Source: Methanothrix sp. (GTDB lineage: Archaea > Halobacteriota > Methanosarcinia > Methanotrichales > Methanotrichaceae). From it: 64,000 bases of DNA. Every line of letters begins with the position of its first letter. The first letter of the stretch is position 1. The stretch lies in NCBI GenBank assembly GCA_963682135.1, contig OY821645.1:352001-416000 (forward strand), read 5' to 3'. Below the pieces are notes generated by a model that ran no database searches, was not told where the DNA came from, and was given only the letters and a program-made list of their open reading frames with translations. Both the position numbers and the translations under genes were made by a program. Below are positions 1 to 8,080 of the stretch, one piece after another.

Positions 1-566
1 ATTATAAAATTGGGCCCCAGGATCATGCTCACTTGATCCATATCTAAGTTGGTATCTCCCAGATCATCTTCATCGTCTTCATCCTCTGTTTTCTTATCAC
101 CCTCTTCATCGTAGTAGAGCATCTTCAGCACGATGAATATGTAATCATCATAATCCTCAATCTTAGGGCGCTGATCGGTGAGGATATCTTCCAGAACCAG
201 AGGATGAATTCCATAGCATGAACCGAGTTTCTCTAAGACTTCCATCTGATGGAGGCCGTCAATGTTTATCCAGGTCACTGTGGGCATATTTTTAAACCTG
301 AAACACTCCTCCACCTCTTTGGCCTCTGCTTCATGATAATGCTTCTCATCATAATCGATTATGGTGATCTTGGGCCTTTCCAGGGGCTTTTCGCTTGCCA
401 TCGGCAGAGGGTGGGCGGCGAGTTCCAAGATATCTGAGTTGGACCCTTTTTCTTTCGAGGGAAGGTCCTGCTTCTTTTGTCCTCTTTTTGCAATTTGGCC
501 CAAATCGTTTATCCTCAATGGGCCCAAACCTTTTGCCTTCTCCGTAATGCTTCTGAATGTAGCCAT
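1..566 (-). CDS. corA: CorA-family magnesium/cobalt transporter, N-terminal part (runs off the left edge)
   Basis: Not in the ORF track. Manual translation from ATG at 566 (GAGGT upstream) gives ...ITIIDYDEKHYHE...TVTWINIDGLHQMEVLEKLGSCYGIHPLVLEDILTDQRPKIEDYDDYIFIVLKML..., typical CorA N-terminal motifs. Confidence 0.9.
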   Translation of the reverse strand, partial: MATFRSITEKAKGLGPLRINDLGQIAKRGQKKQDLPSKEKGSNSDILELAAHPLPMASEKPLERPKITIIDYDEKHYHEAEAKEVEECFRFKNMPTVTWINIDGLHQMEVLEKLGSCYGIHPLVLEDILTDQRPKIEDYDDYIFIVLKMLYYDEEGDKKTEDEDDEDDLGDTNLDMDQVSMILGPNFI

Positions 567-574
567 TTCAACCT

Positions 575-1033
575 CTAGACCGGAGATGTCTCATCTTTTG
601 CCCGCTCTACTACCACAATCTCATGCAAGTCTTCAATGCCTTCAATTGACCGTATGCGATCGTTTATGAGGGTATTCAGCTCCTCGAGGCTCTTGGACCA
701 GACCTTAAGGAAGAGGTCATGCTCTCCCAGTATCCCATAGACCTCAGTTATCTCTGGAACCTTCGCTAAAGCCTTGACGACCTGATCATGTTTTTCATTA
801 TCCGTTTGCACAAGCATAATCGCAGTTATCTGATAGCTCGTAGCTGCCGGATTGGCCATAATGGTGAACCGCTCTATGACCTTATTGGCTTTCATGCGTT
901 TGAGCCGAAACTGTATGGTAGCATCAGAGATGCCGGATCTTCTTGACATCTCTTGCAGGCTCATACGCGCATTCTCCCGAAGACTGCGAAGAATGACCCG
1001 ATCCACTTCGTCAAGATCTATGCTATTGCCCAT
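575..1033 (-). CDS. Lrp/AsnC-family transcriptional regulator
   Basis: N-terminal HTH (LDEVDRVILRSLRENARMSLQEMSRRSGIS..TIQFRLKRM) plus a C-terminal RAM domain (VYGILGEHDL). Confidence 0.93.
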   Translation of the reverse strand: MGNSIDLDEVDRVILRSLRENARMSLQEMSRRSGISDATIQFRLKRMKANKVIERFTIMANPAATSYQITAIMLVQTDNEKHDQVVKALAKVPEITEVYGILGEHDLFLKVWSKSLEELNTLINDRIRSIEGIEDLHEIVVVERAKDETSPV

Positions 1034-1225
1034 ATTACTCTGGTATTCTCCTTAGCAATACTTTATTTCATTGGTATATTACCAATAGTACCATTTAAAG
1101 GTTACTCTTTCCCCAATATTAATTATTAATATATATCATTAAGAGATTCGTCCAAAAAAAAAAAATAAGATGGTGTAGGGATAGCTTACTTGTCAGCTTC
1201 CCACTAATTGGTTCTGGGCAGTCTT

Positions 1226-4200
1226 TCAAGGCAGACTGTCGTCACCAGTGTCCATGCACGAGGCACAGGACGGCAAGACCACTGTGTTCCCTGGTTCACC
1301 AGTTCCACAGGTGTAGCAGGGTACCCAGTCATCATCATAGATCAGACCGCTGCAATTAAGCCCGAAGCACGTGGGCGGCTGCCAGTCTGAGGATGTGGAC
1401 GAAGGCAGTGCCCCTCCGACGCCTATATCGACGCGAGACTCAACATCTGCCGCAGCCCCCTCCGGCCCGTCCACTGAGAAGGCTTCGATATGAGCCACAT
1501 TAACATAGACGCCATCCGACTGTGCCTCAGTCCTGTATACGATGGTCCTATTCTCTCCTGGTGCCAGGTCGAGGATGGTCCAGGTTATCAGGTTAGACCT
1601 GTTCTCAGAAGGCTCCTGAGATGAGTTGAGCAGCTTCATGGATGCAGGTAGCTGGTCCATCAAGAAAGCCACCATGGTGTATTTCTCACGGTTTTTGAGA
1701 TTCAGGCTGTACCAGACCACCTTCGCGTCCAGAGCATCGACCCTGGCGGTCTTGCTAGCGGAGATCTGGGGTGGGCAGCAGGTCAGCCAGTTCATGCGGA
1801 CCACGGAGAAGTTCCTGGCCAGCGTCCATCCGTTACCGTAATTGCCTGCCGCCTCCACCCGGTTCACCAGATTGGATGGCTCCTCTGTGATGTTTAGTCG
1901 CAAATCGATGATTGTCTTGCTGCCGATACCCATAACAGGCAGCGACCAGTTGGCATAACTTGTCGTCAGCTCTGCCGGCCGCAGAGATGAGGTGATGTAC
2001 TCGGTTCCCGTCGGGAAGACGTCCTTGACATAGACCGGCCCTAAAGCCCGGTTGCCGTTGTTCTCGATGGTGATCCGATAGTCCGCATAGGAAGTGTTAA
2101 GCTGGTCCACTTTAGCCATCTTGCTCAAAGAAATATGCGGTCGATCGTACTTGGCCACGCCTCCAAGGGAGGTCTTTCTCCGCATATCAAATTCTCCGAC
2201 ATATGTCTCCTCTTGATCTACTTCATCGGTGCTATTCGGAGAATTGTCCCTATAGACTGTGCGGAAATCAGCCTGACCGGTCACCTTAGCCTCTGTTACC
2301 ATCTCGTTTAGGCCTCGGGCGGTTGACTGGAGATCCAGGTTCTCTACTGAGGAAAAGATCTCACTAATCAGGCTGGTGGGGGTCTTGGACCACATGCCTT
2401 CCTTCCACTTTATGTCGCTGGACGTGGAGAAGGTGGGCGTGTAAATGTAGCCGGTCGGCAAGTGAGTGAGGTTGATATCCTTGGCGATATAGTTTACCAC
2501 CGAACTGATCTTCTCCTCACTCTGGTAATTGCCCGTGCCGGACTCGTAAGACGACTGGGCTTTGCCAAGATCTCTGCTTGCAGAAACATAACCCGTGCCG
2601 TTCACGGATTTCTCGTATTCCACATTCTTGCCGTATTCATCAAATTTCTGATTGATTTTAAAGCTGCCCACATAGTCTTCTTGGGACTCGAAGACTTGGC
2701 TCGCGTTCCAGGTTCTATTCTCATCGGCATCTTTTTTGACGAGACCGATATGACCAACGCCTTCGAAGTCGGCTTCGGTCTTCATAGTGCTGCCGTTCTC
2801 GTCCAGCTTCAGTGAGCTGTTCCGGCTGATGCGATTCGCGTGGGTATACTCCTCGTTTGTGGAGCCACCTGTGGCGTAGTTCTTGGATTCGGCTTTCTCC
2901 GACCACTTGCTCTGGAAATCGACATCACGATTATTGGGCAGTGAGAAGGTGGTTGGCTTGTGAGTTACAGTCAGGCCCTTGGTCCACTGAATAGAGCGGT
3001 TGGAGTTCTGGTACTTAATCACATCCTCGCTGGCATATTCGCCGCTGCCGTGCTCCTTGAGGGCGACATATGTCTGAGGCGGGCCGACGTTGACTTCGGT
3101 GGAGGCAGTCATGGGTATATTTCCATTTGAATCCACCATTTTTGCTCGATTTGTAAGGATTAGGGGCTCTGTACGGATATCATTGTGAACATTAACGAAT
3201 CCCTTTCCGATCACGCCTTGATCCATGTCAAAGGAGGTGTTGCCGAGGTCTTGCGCCACCAGAACTAAGATAATGATGGTCCCGGATTCTTGCCCATCTA
3301 TTATCCATTTGTTGTTATTGCCATCATCAACGGGTGTTGGGGACGCGGATACGAAGGAGACTCCTTTCGGGTAGTCATCCACAATCATATGTCCAGAAAT
3401 ACCACACCAGGTAATGTTCCATGTAATGTTATATGTCACATAGTCTCCTGGCTTCACAACCTTAGGTGAGGCTGTCTTCGTAAGGCTGCAACCTATGAGA
3501 ATCTTTACGTTTTCTGTTGCTTTCCCAGTAACCACGTTTCCATCTGGATCCAATGCAGTGGCGATGACTATATTTACCAACTGCGGAGCGTCTCCCGCTT
3601 TCGCGATGTAGTTCATGTAATAGCTGCGTGACTCGCCCGGTTCCAGGGGATCTGGATCGTTGAGCACAATAATGCCCAGCTTGTCATCGTTGAGGGTTAA
3701 GGAGGTGAGAGCTATGGTGCCATTGTTCACCACTGTGTACTTGTATCTTATATTATCGCCAGGTTTAGCTACCTCCCGGTCCGCCTCCTTGAAGACGAGC
3801 AAACGCAGCAATGGTTGAGGGGTCTGGCAGCTCCATCCCAAATCAACACAGGCCCGCTTGCTCACCACCTGTTCATCTATTTCTCCCATTTTCCCATATG
3901 CTGTTGCACAATTCGTGAGGTATTCCGCTACTGCAAATCCTGGAGTTCTTCTATATTCAATGCTGATCATGTTGCCATAGGGGTCAACTATCATGATCAG
4001 GGTGTCTCCTGTGGCATAGTAGCGCACCGTGTAGGTTCTGTAGCCCTTTTCCGGTTTATTGTACTCTATCTTTAGAGTCTCCTTGGTTGGCGAGAATCTA
4101 TAGAACTCCAAGATAACCTCGCCTTTCAAGCCGTAGGTTGTGACAAGGATGTCGTACTTATCCGGCCTGTTGTACTCTGACGATACCAGGAATCCTGTAG

Positions 4201-7200
4201 CATTTAGCTGCTCGTTTAGAGTCTCTCCAGTCGATATATTCGTGTAGTTGTTAAATGTGTAGTTGGCTCCAGCAATGCTCTTTATGCACGATTCTCGAGT
4301 CACGTTGGCCTTATCGAATGCATCTCGATGTTTCTTAATGCTTTTCAGTTTGGCTTCCAGTTTGGTCTTATTTCTGGATAGAGCATCAATTATCTGCACA
4401 ATATTGACAGGGTCGTTTCCTGCCGCCATGACTTTCAGCTTCGTCTCATCAGCAGCTACGATGGGAGGGATGGTAGTTGAGGTCGAAGATGCGCTGCAGG
4501 CATCCGGACTCAATTTAACGCTGTAAGCAATGGTCCAGGAATTTCCTGGTTGCAGAGAGCCGAGAGGGCCCAGATCAAAGATCAGATTGCCGCCGTCAAA
4601 GGTGTGCTGGATTAATGTACTTCCTGAATATGCATAAGGAATAAATTCCAGCATCGGGCTTAGCTCGTCAACGATTTTAATATCATGAATCTCTATTTTT
4701 CCGGTATTCTTCACAGTGATAGTAAAAGTGGTTTGCGTATTTGGATTTAAGATTTCATCTGTAGTAGTCTTCGTGATCTCCAGAGGTGACTTCTGTCCGC
4801 CCGAACCTGTATATTTGTTTCCGAAATCTGCATTGTTCGATGCAACTTCAGTCTGGTCAGACCTGGTTACTGTGATCTGACCGGTTTCTGAAACCACAAT
4901 GCTGTAAATATTGTCCGCCGGGTAGGTCTGGGTCCAGTCTGACGAAAAAGAAGGCACCTCTTCCAGCGTGTAGGTACCTGGCAAGATGCCTGTAAATCTA
5001 TATGATCCAAGAGTTGCGGTTTCAGTAGACGTAGTAGCACTCTTGACTACAGTATCACCTTGCATCAGATTTATCGTCCAACCGCCCAGCAACTCGTTTC
5101 CCTGTTTGGAGCCGTCACCTTCGCTATCGTTAAACTTTACGCCAGATAACGAGACATCTGCCCCTATTACCTGGTTGCCAAAGTTCACCTCTGTCGATGA
5201 GACCACTGTCTGCCCGGTGTCTGACATTCTTACTACTATCTGGCCAGTATTCGATATTTCTACCGTGTAAACCTTGCCTGACGGGGCTGTTTGAATCCAT
5301 CCGAGCCTCTGTTCTTCTTCAACCGTGTAGCTGCCGGGAATGATTCCGGCAAACGCATAGCCTCCGTCTGAACCGGTTGTGGTCGTAGCAATTATTGTAT
5401 CAGCATTTTTCAGATTGATGGTCCAGCCTTCCAATCCCGGTTCATCCGCATCCCTGGCGCCATTGCCATTAAGGTCCTCGAACTTTATGCCGCTAAAACC
5501 AGCAGTACGCACATTGCCAAAATCCAGGTCATTGGGTCCGGCTGCATTTGAGACCAGGGTTACGGTGTGGCTACCAGGTGAAGAAGGATAAGTCTGAGAC
5601 CAGCCTGATTGGGCAACCTCCTCCACAGTGTAAGTGCCGGGAGCGATTCCGGTGAACACATAGACTCCGTCTGGACCGGTTGTTGTCGTGGCGAAAATTA
5701 TACCGCCATTTTTCAGATTGATGGTCCAGCCTTCCAGTCCAGGTTCACCAGCATCCTTGACGCCATTGCCATTGAGGTCCTCGAACTTTATGCCGCCAAA
5801 GCCGGTGGCACGCATATTGCCAAAATCAATGTTCGTAGGTCCGGCGACTCCCGAAACCATGGTTACCGTATGGATGCCAGGCGATGCAGGATAAGTCTGA
5901 GACCAGTCGCTCTGCATTACTTCTTCAACTGTGTAGCTTCCGGGAGCAATTCCTGTAAACTCGTAATTCCCGTCTTGGCCGGTTGTGGCGGTGGCGACTA
6001 CTGTATCGCCACTCTTCAGGTTAACCGTCCAGCCTTCCAGTCCAGGTTCACCAGCATCCTTGACGCCATTGCCGTTGAGGTCCTCGAACTTTATGCCGCC
6101 AAAGCCGGTGGCACGCATATTGCCAAAATCAATGTTCGTAGGTCCGGCGACGCCCGATACCAGGGTTACCGTATGGATGCCAGGCGATGCAGGATAAGTC
6201 TGAGTCCAGCCGCTCTGCACTTCTTCTTCAACGGTGTAGCTTCCTGGAGCAATTCCTGTAAACTCATAAGTCCCGTCTTGGTCGGTTGTAGCGGTGGCGA
6301 CTACTGTATCGCCGCTTTTCAGGTTAACCGTCCAGCCTTCCAGTCCAGGTTCACCAGCATCTTTGACGCCATTGCCGTCCAGATCTTCAAATTTCATCCC
6401 AGATAGACCCGTCTGTCTCCAGTTACCGAAATCAATGTCAGTCGGTCCGGCTACACCCGATACCAGGGTTAGGGTTTGCGCGCCCGGTGAAGCAGGATAG
6501 GACTGAGTCCAGCCGCTCTGTACAGCTTCTTCAACTGTGTAGCTTCCTGGAGCAATTCCTGTAAACTCGTAAGTCCCGTCTTGGCCGGTTGTGGCGGTGG
6601 CGACTACTGTATCTCCACTCTTCAGGTTGACCGTCCAACCTTCTAAGCCCGGCTCGCCCGCATCCCTGGCACCATTGCCGTTGAGGTCCTCGAACTTTAT
6701 GCCGCCAAAGCCGGTGGCACGCATATTGCCAAAATCGATGTTCGTAGGTCCGGCTACACCCGAAACCAGGGTTACCGTATGTATGCCAGGCGATGCAGGA
6801 TAAGTCTGAGTCCAGCCGCTCTGCACTTCTTCTTCAACGGTGTAGCTTCCTGGAGCAATTCCTGTAAACTCATAAGTCCCGTCTTGGTCGGTTGTAGCGG
6901 TGGCGACTACTGTATCGCCGCTTTTCAGGTTGACCGTCCAGCCTTCCAGTCCAGGTTCACCAGCATCTTTGACGCCATTGCCGTCCAGATCTTCAAATTT
7001 CATCCCAGATAGACCAGTCTGTCTCCAGTTACCAAAATCAATGTCAGTCGGTCCGGCTACACCCGATACCAGGGTTAGGGTTTGCGCGCCCGGTGAAGCA
7101 GGATAGGACTGAGTCCAGCCGCTCTGTACAGCTTCTTCAACGGTGTAGCTTCCGGGTGCAATTCCAGTAAACTCATAAGTTCCGTCAGGACCGGTTGTGG

Positions 7201-8080
7201 TGGTGGCGACTACTGTATCGCCGCTCTTCAGGTTGACCGTCCAGCCTTCCAGTCCAGGTTCACCAGCATCCTTGACGCCATTGCCGTTGAGGTCCTCGAA
7301 CTTTATGCCGCCAAAGCCGGTGGCACGCATATTGCCAAAATCAATGTTCGTAGGTCCGGTGACGCCCGAAACCAGGGTTACGGTTTGCGTGCCCGGTGAA
7401 GCAGGATGAGTCTGAGTCCAGCCGCTCTGCACTTCTTCTTCAACGGTGTAGCTTCCTGGAGCAATTCCTGTAAACTCGTAAGTCCCGTCTTGGCCGGTTG
7501 TGGCGGTGGCGAAAATTATGCCGCTATTTTTCAGGTTGATAGTCCAGCCTTCTAAGCCCGGCTCGCCCGCATCCCTGGCACCATTGCCATTAAGGTCCTC
7601 GAACTTTATGCCGCTAAAGCCCAAAAGTGGAAGTACTGTGATCGTAACAAGGCACGTATCTTTGCATCCATCTGGTGCCCCTGTTGGGCCCAGAACAAGA
7701 GTAATATGATAATCAGTGGAAGCTGTAACCTCGGGCGCAACAAAGGTGAATGACCAGGCATCGGTTCCCGAATCTCGCACTATTTCAGGATCGCAGGCCC
7801 AGTCATAGCTGTATCCAGTTCCAGATGGTTCTGCTATTAATGAAACATGCTGTCCACTGTAAGCGGTAAGAGATACGGGACAGGATTGGGGTGCGCTACT
7901 ACCCGTCGGGCACATGAACGATAAGCATAGCAGCACCAGTATCCAGGCTAAGGAGGCTTTGAAGCGAAAAGGATCGTATGAAGTAGCTTTTTGCATCTGT
8001 TGTTGACGTAAATGATCAACCTGCACAAATTTGTCACTCATTTTAACTTCCTTTGGCTTATCCGATAAGTGCCTCGACAT
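1226..8080 (-). CDS. Giant secreted/cell-surface protein: signal peptide, N-terminal Cys-containing Ig-like domain, 9 SdrD-B/CnaB-like repeats, several DUF11-like domains, Cys-rich C-terminus
   Basis: Hydrophobic segment LAWILVLLCLSFMC. Repeats GxKFEDL[ND]GNG..DAGEPGLEGWT.NL. DUF11-like segments (LEITKT..., VFKEADREVAKPGDNIRYKYTVVNNG, LTKTASPKVVKPGDYVTY). True start may be ATG at 8041. Confidence 0.88.
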   Translation of the reverse strand: MSRHLSDKPKEVKMSDKFVQVDHLRQQQMQKATSYDPFRFKASLAWILVLLCLSFMCPTGSSAPQSCPVSLTAYSGQHVSLIAEPSGTGYSYDWACDPEIVRDSGTDAWSFTFVAPEVTASTDYHITLVLGPTGAPDGCKDTCLVTITVLPLLGFSGIKFEDLNGNGARDAGEPGLEGWTINLKNSGIIFATATTGQDGTYEFTGIAPGSYTVEEEVQSGWTQTHPASPGTQTVTLVSGVTGPTNIDFGNMRATGFGGIKFEDLNGNGVKDAGEPGLEGWTVNLKSGDTVVATTTTGPDGTYEFTGIAPGSYTVEEAVQSGWTQSYPASPGAQTLTLVSGVAGPTDIDFGNWRQTGLSGMKFEDLDGNGVKDAGEPGLEGWTVNLKSGDTVVATATTDQDGTYEFTGIAPGSYTVEEEVQSGWTQTYPASPGIHTVTLVSGVAGPTNIDFGNMRATGFGGIKFEDLNGNGARDAGEPGLEGWTVNLKSGDTVVATATTGQDGTYEFTGIAPGSYTVEEAVQSGWTQSYPASPGAQTLTLVSGVAGPTDIDFGNWRQTGLSGMKFEDLDGNGVKDAGEPGLEGWTVNLKSGDTVVATATTDQDGTYEFTGIAPGSYTVEEEVQSGWTQTYPASPGIHTVTLVSGVAGPTNIDFGNMRATGFGGIKFEDLNGNGVKDAGEPGLEGWTVNLKSGDTVVATATTGQDGNYEFTGIAPGSYTVEEVMQSDWSQTYPASPGIHTVTMVSGVAGPTNIDFGNMRATGFGGIKFEDLNGNGVKDAGEPGLEGWTINLKNGGIIFATTTTGPDGVYVFTGIAPGTYTVEEVAQSGWSQTYPSSPGSHTVTLVSNAAGPNDLDFGNVRTAGFSGIKFEDLNGNGARDADEPGLEGWTINLKNADTIIATTTTGSDGGYAFAGIIPGSYTVEEEQRLGWIQTAPSGKVYTVEISNTGQIVVRMSDTGQTVVSSTEVNFGNQVIGADVSLSGVKFNDSEGDGSKQGNELLGGWTINLMQGDTVVKSATTSTETATLGSYRFTGILPGTYTLEEVPSFSSDWTQTYPADNIYSIVVSETGQITVTRSDQTEVASNNADFGNKYTGSGGQKSPLEITKTTTDEILNPNTQTTFTITVKNTGKIEIHDIKIVDELSPMLEFIPYAYSGSTLIQHTFDGGNLIFDLGPLGSLQPGNSWTIAYSVKLSPDACSASSTSTTIPPIVAADETKLKVMAAGNDPVNIVQIIDALSRNKTKLEAKLKSIKKHRDAFDKANVTRESCIKSIAGANYTFNNYTNISTGETLNEQLNATGFLVSSEYNRPDKYDILVTTYGLKGEVILEFYRFSPTKETLKIEYNKPEKGYRTYTVRYYATGDTLIMIVDPYGNMISIEYRRTPGFAVAEYLTNCATAYGKMGEIDEQVVSKRACVDLGWSCQTPQPLLRLLVFKEADREVAKPGDNIRYKYTVVNNGTIALTSLTLNDDKLGIIVLNDPDPLEPGESRSYYMNYIAKAGDAPQLVNIVIATALDPDGNVVTGKATENVKILIGCSLTKTASPKVVKPGDYVTYNITWNITWCGISGHMIVDDYPKGVSFVSASPTPVDDGNNNKWIIDGQESGTIIILVLVAQDLGNTSFDMDQGVIGKGFVNVHNDIRTEPLILTNRAKMVDSNGNIPMTASTEVNVGPPQTYVALKEHGSGEYASEDVIKYQNSNRSIQWTKGLTVTHKPTTFSLPNNRDVDFQSKWSEKAESKNYATGGSTNEEYTHANRISRNSSLKLDENGSTMKTEADFEGVGHIGLVKKDADENRTWNASQVFESQEDYVGSFKINQKFDEYGKNVEYEKSVNGTGYVSASRDLGKAQSSYESGTGNYQSEEKISSVVNYIAKDINLTHLPTGYIYTPTFSTSSDIKWKEGMWSKTPTSLISEIFSSVENLDLQSTARGLNEMVTEAKVTGQADFRTVYRDNSPNSTDEVDQEETYVGEFDMRRKTSLGGVAKYDRPHISLSKMAKVDQLNTSYADYRITIENNGNRALGPVYVKDVFPTGTEYITSSLRPAELTTSYANWSLPVMGIGSKTIIDLRLNITEEPSNLVNRVEAAGNYGNGWTLARNFSVVRMNWLTCCPPQISASKTARVDALDAKVVWYSLNLKNREKYTMVAFLMDQLPASMKLLNSSQEPSENRSNLITWTILDLAPGENRTIVYRTEAQSDGVYVNVAHIEAFSVDGPEGAAADVESRVDIGVGGALPSSTSSDWQPPTCFGLNCSGLIYDDDWVPCYTCGTGEPGNTVVLPSCASCMDTGDDSLP
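5170..7625 (-). repeat. Intragenic tandem array of 303-bp (101-aa) SdrD-B-like repeats: 8 close copies, with one diverged copy just downstream
   Basis: Near-identical DNA blocks recur every 303 bp (e.g. 5985, 6288, 6591, 6894, 7197, 7500). Each carries a D-x-[ND]-G-N-G-x-x-D Ca-binding-like loop. Boundaries approximate. Confidence 0.92.

Noticed and set aside
5379-7709. Series of similar ~70-aa plus-strand ORFs (MAVATTVSPLFRLTVQP...)
   Set aside because: Antisense shadows of the SdrD-like repeats, with no RBS or independent coding signal.
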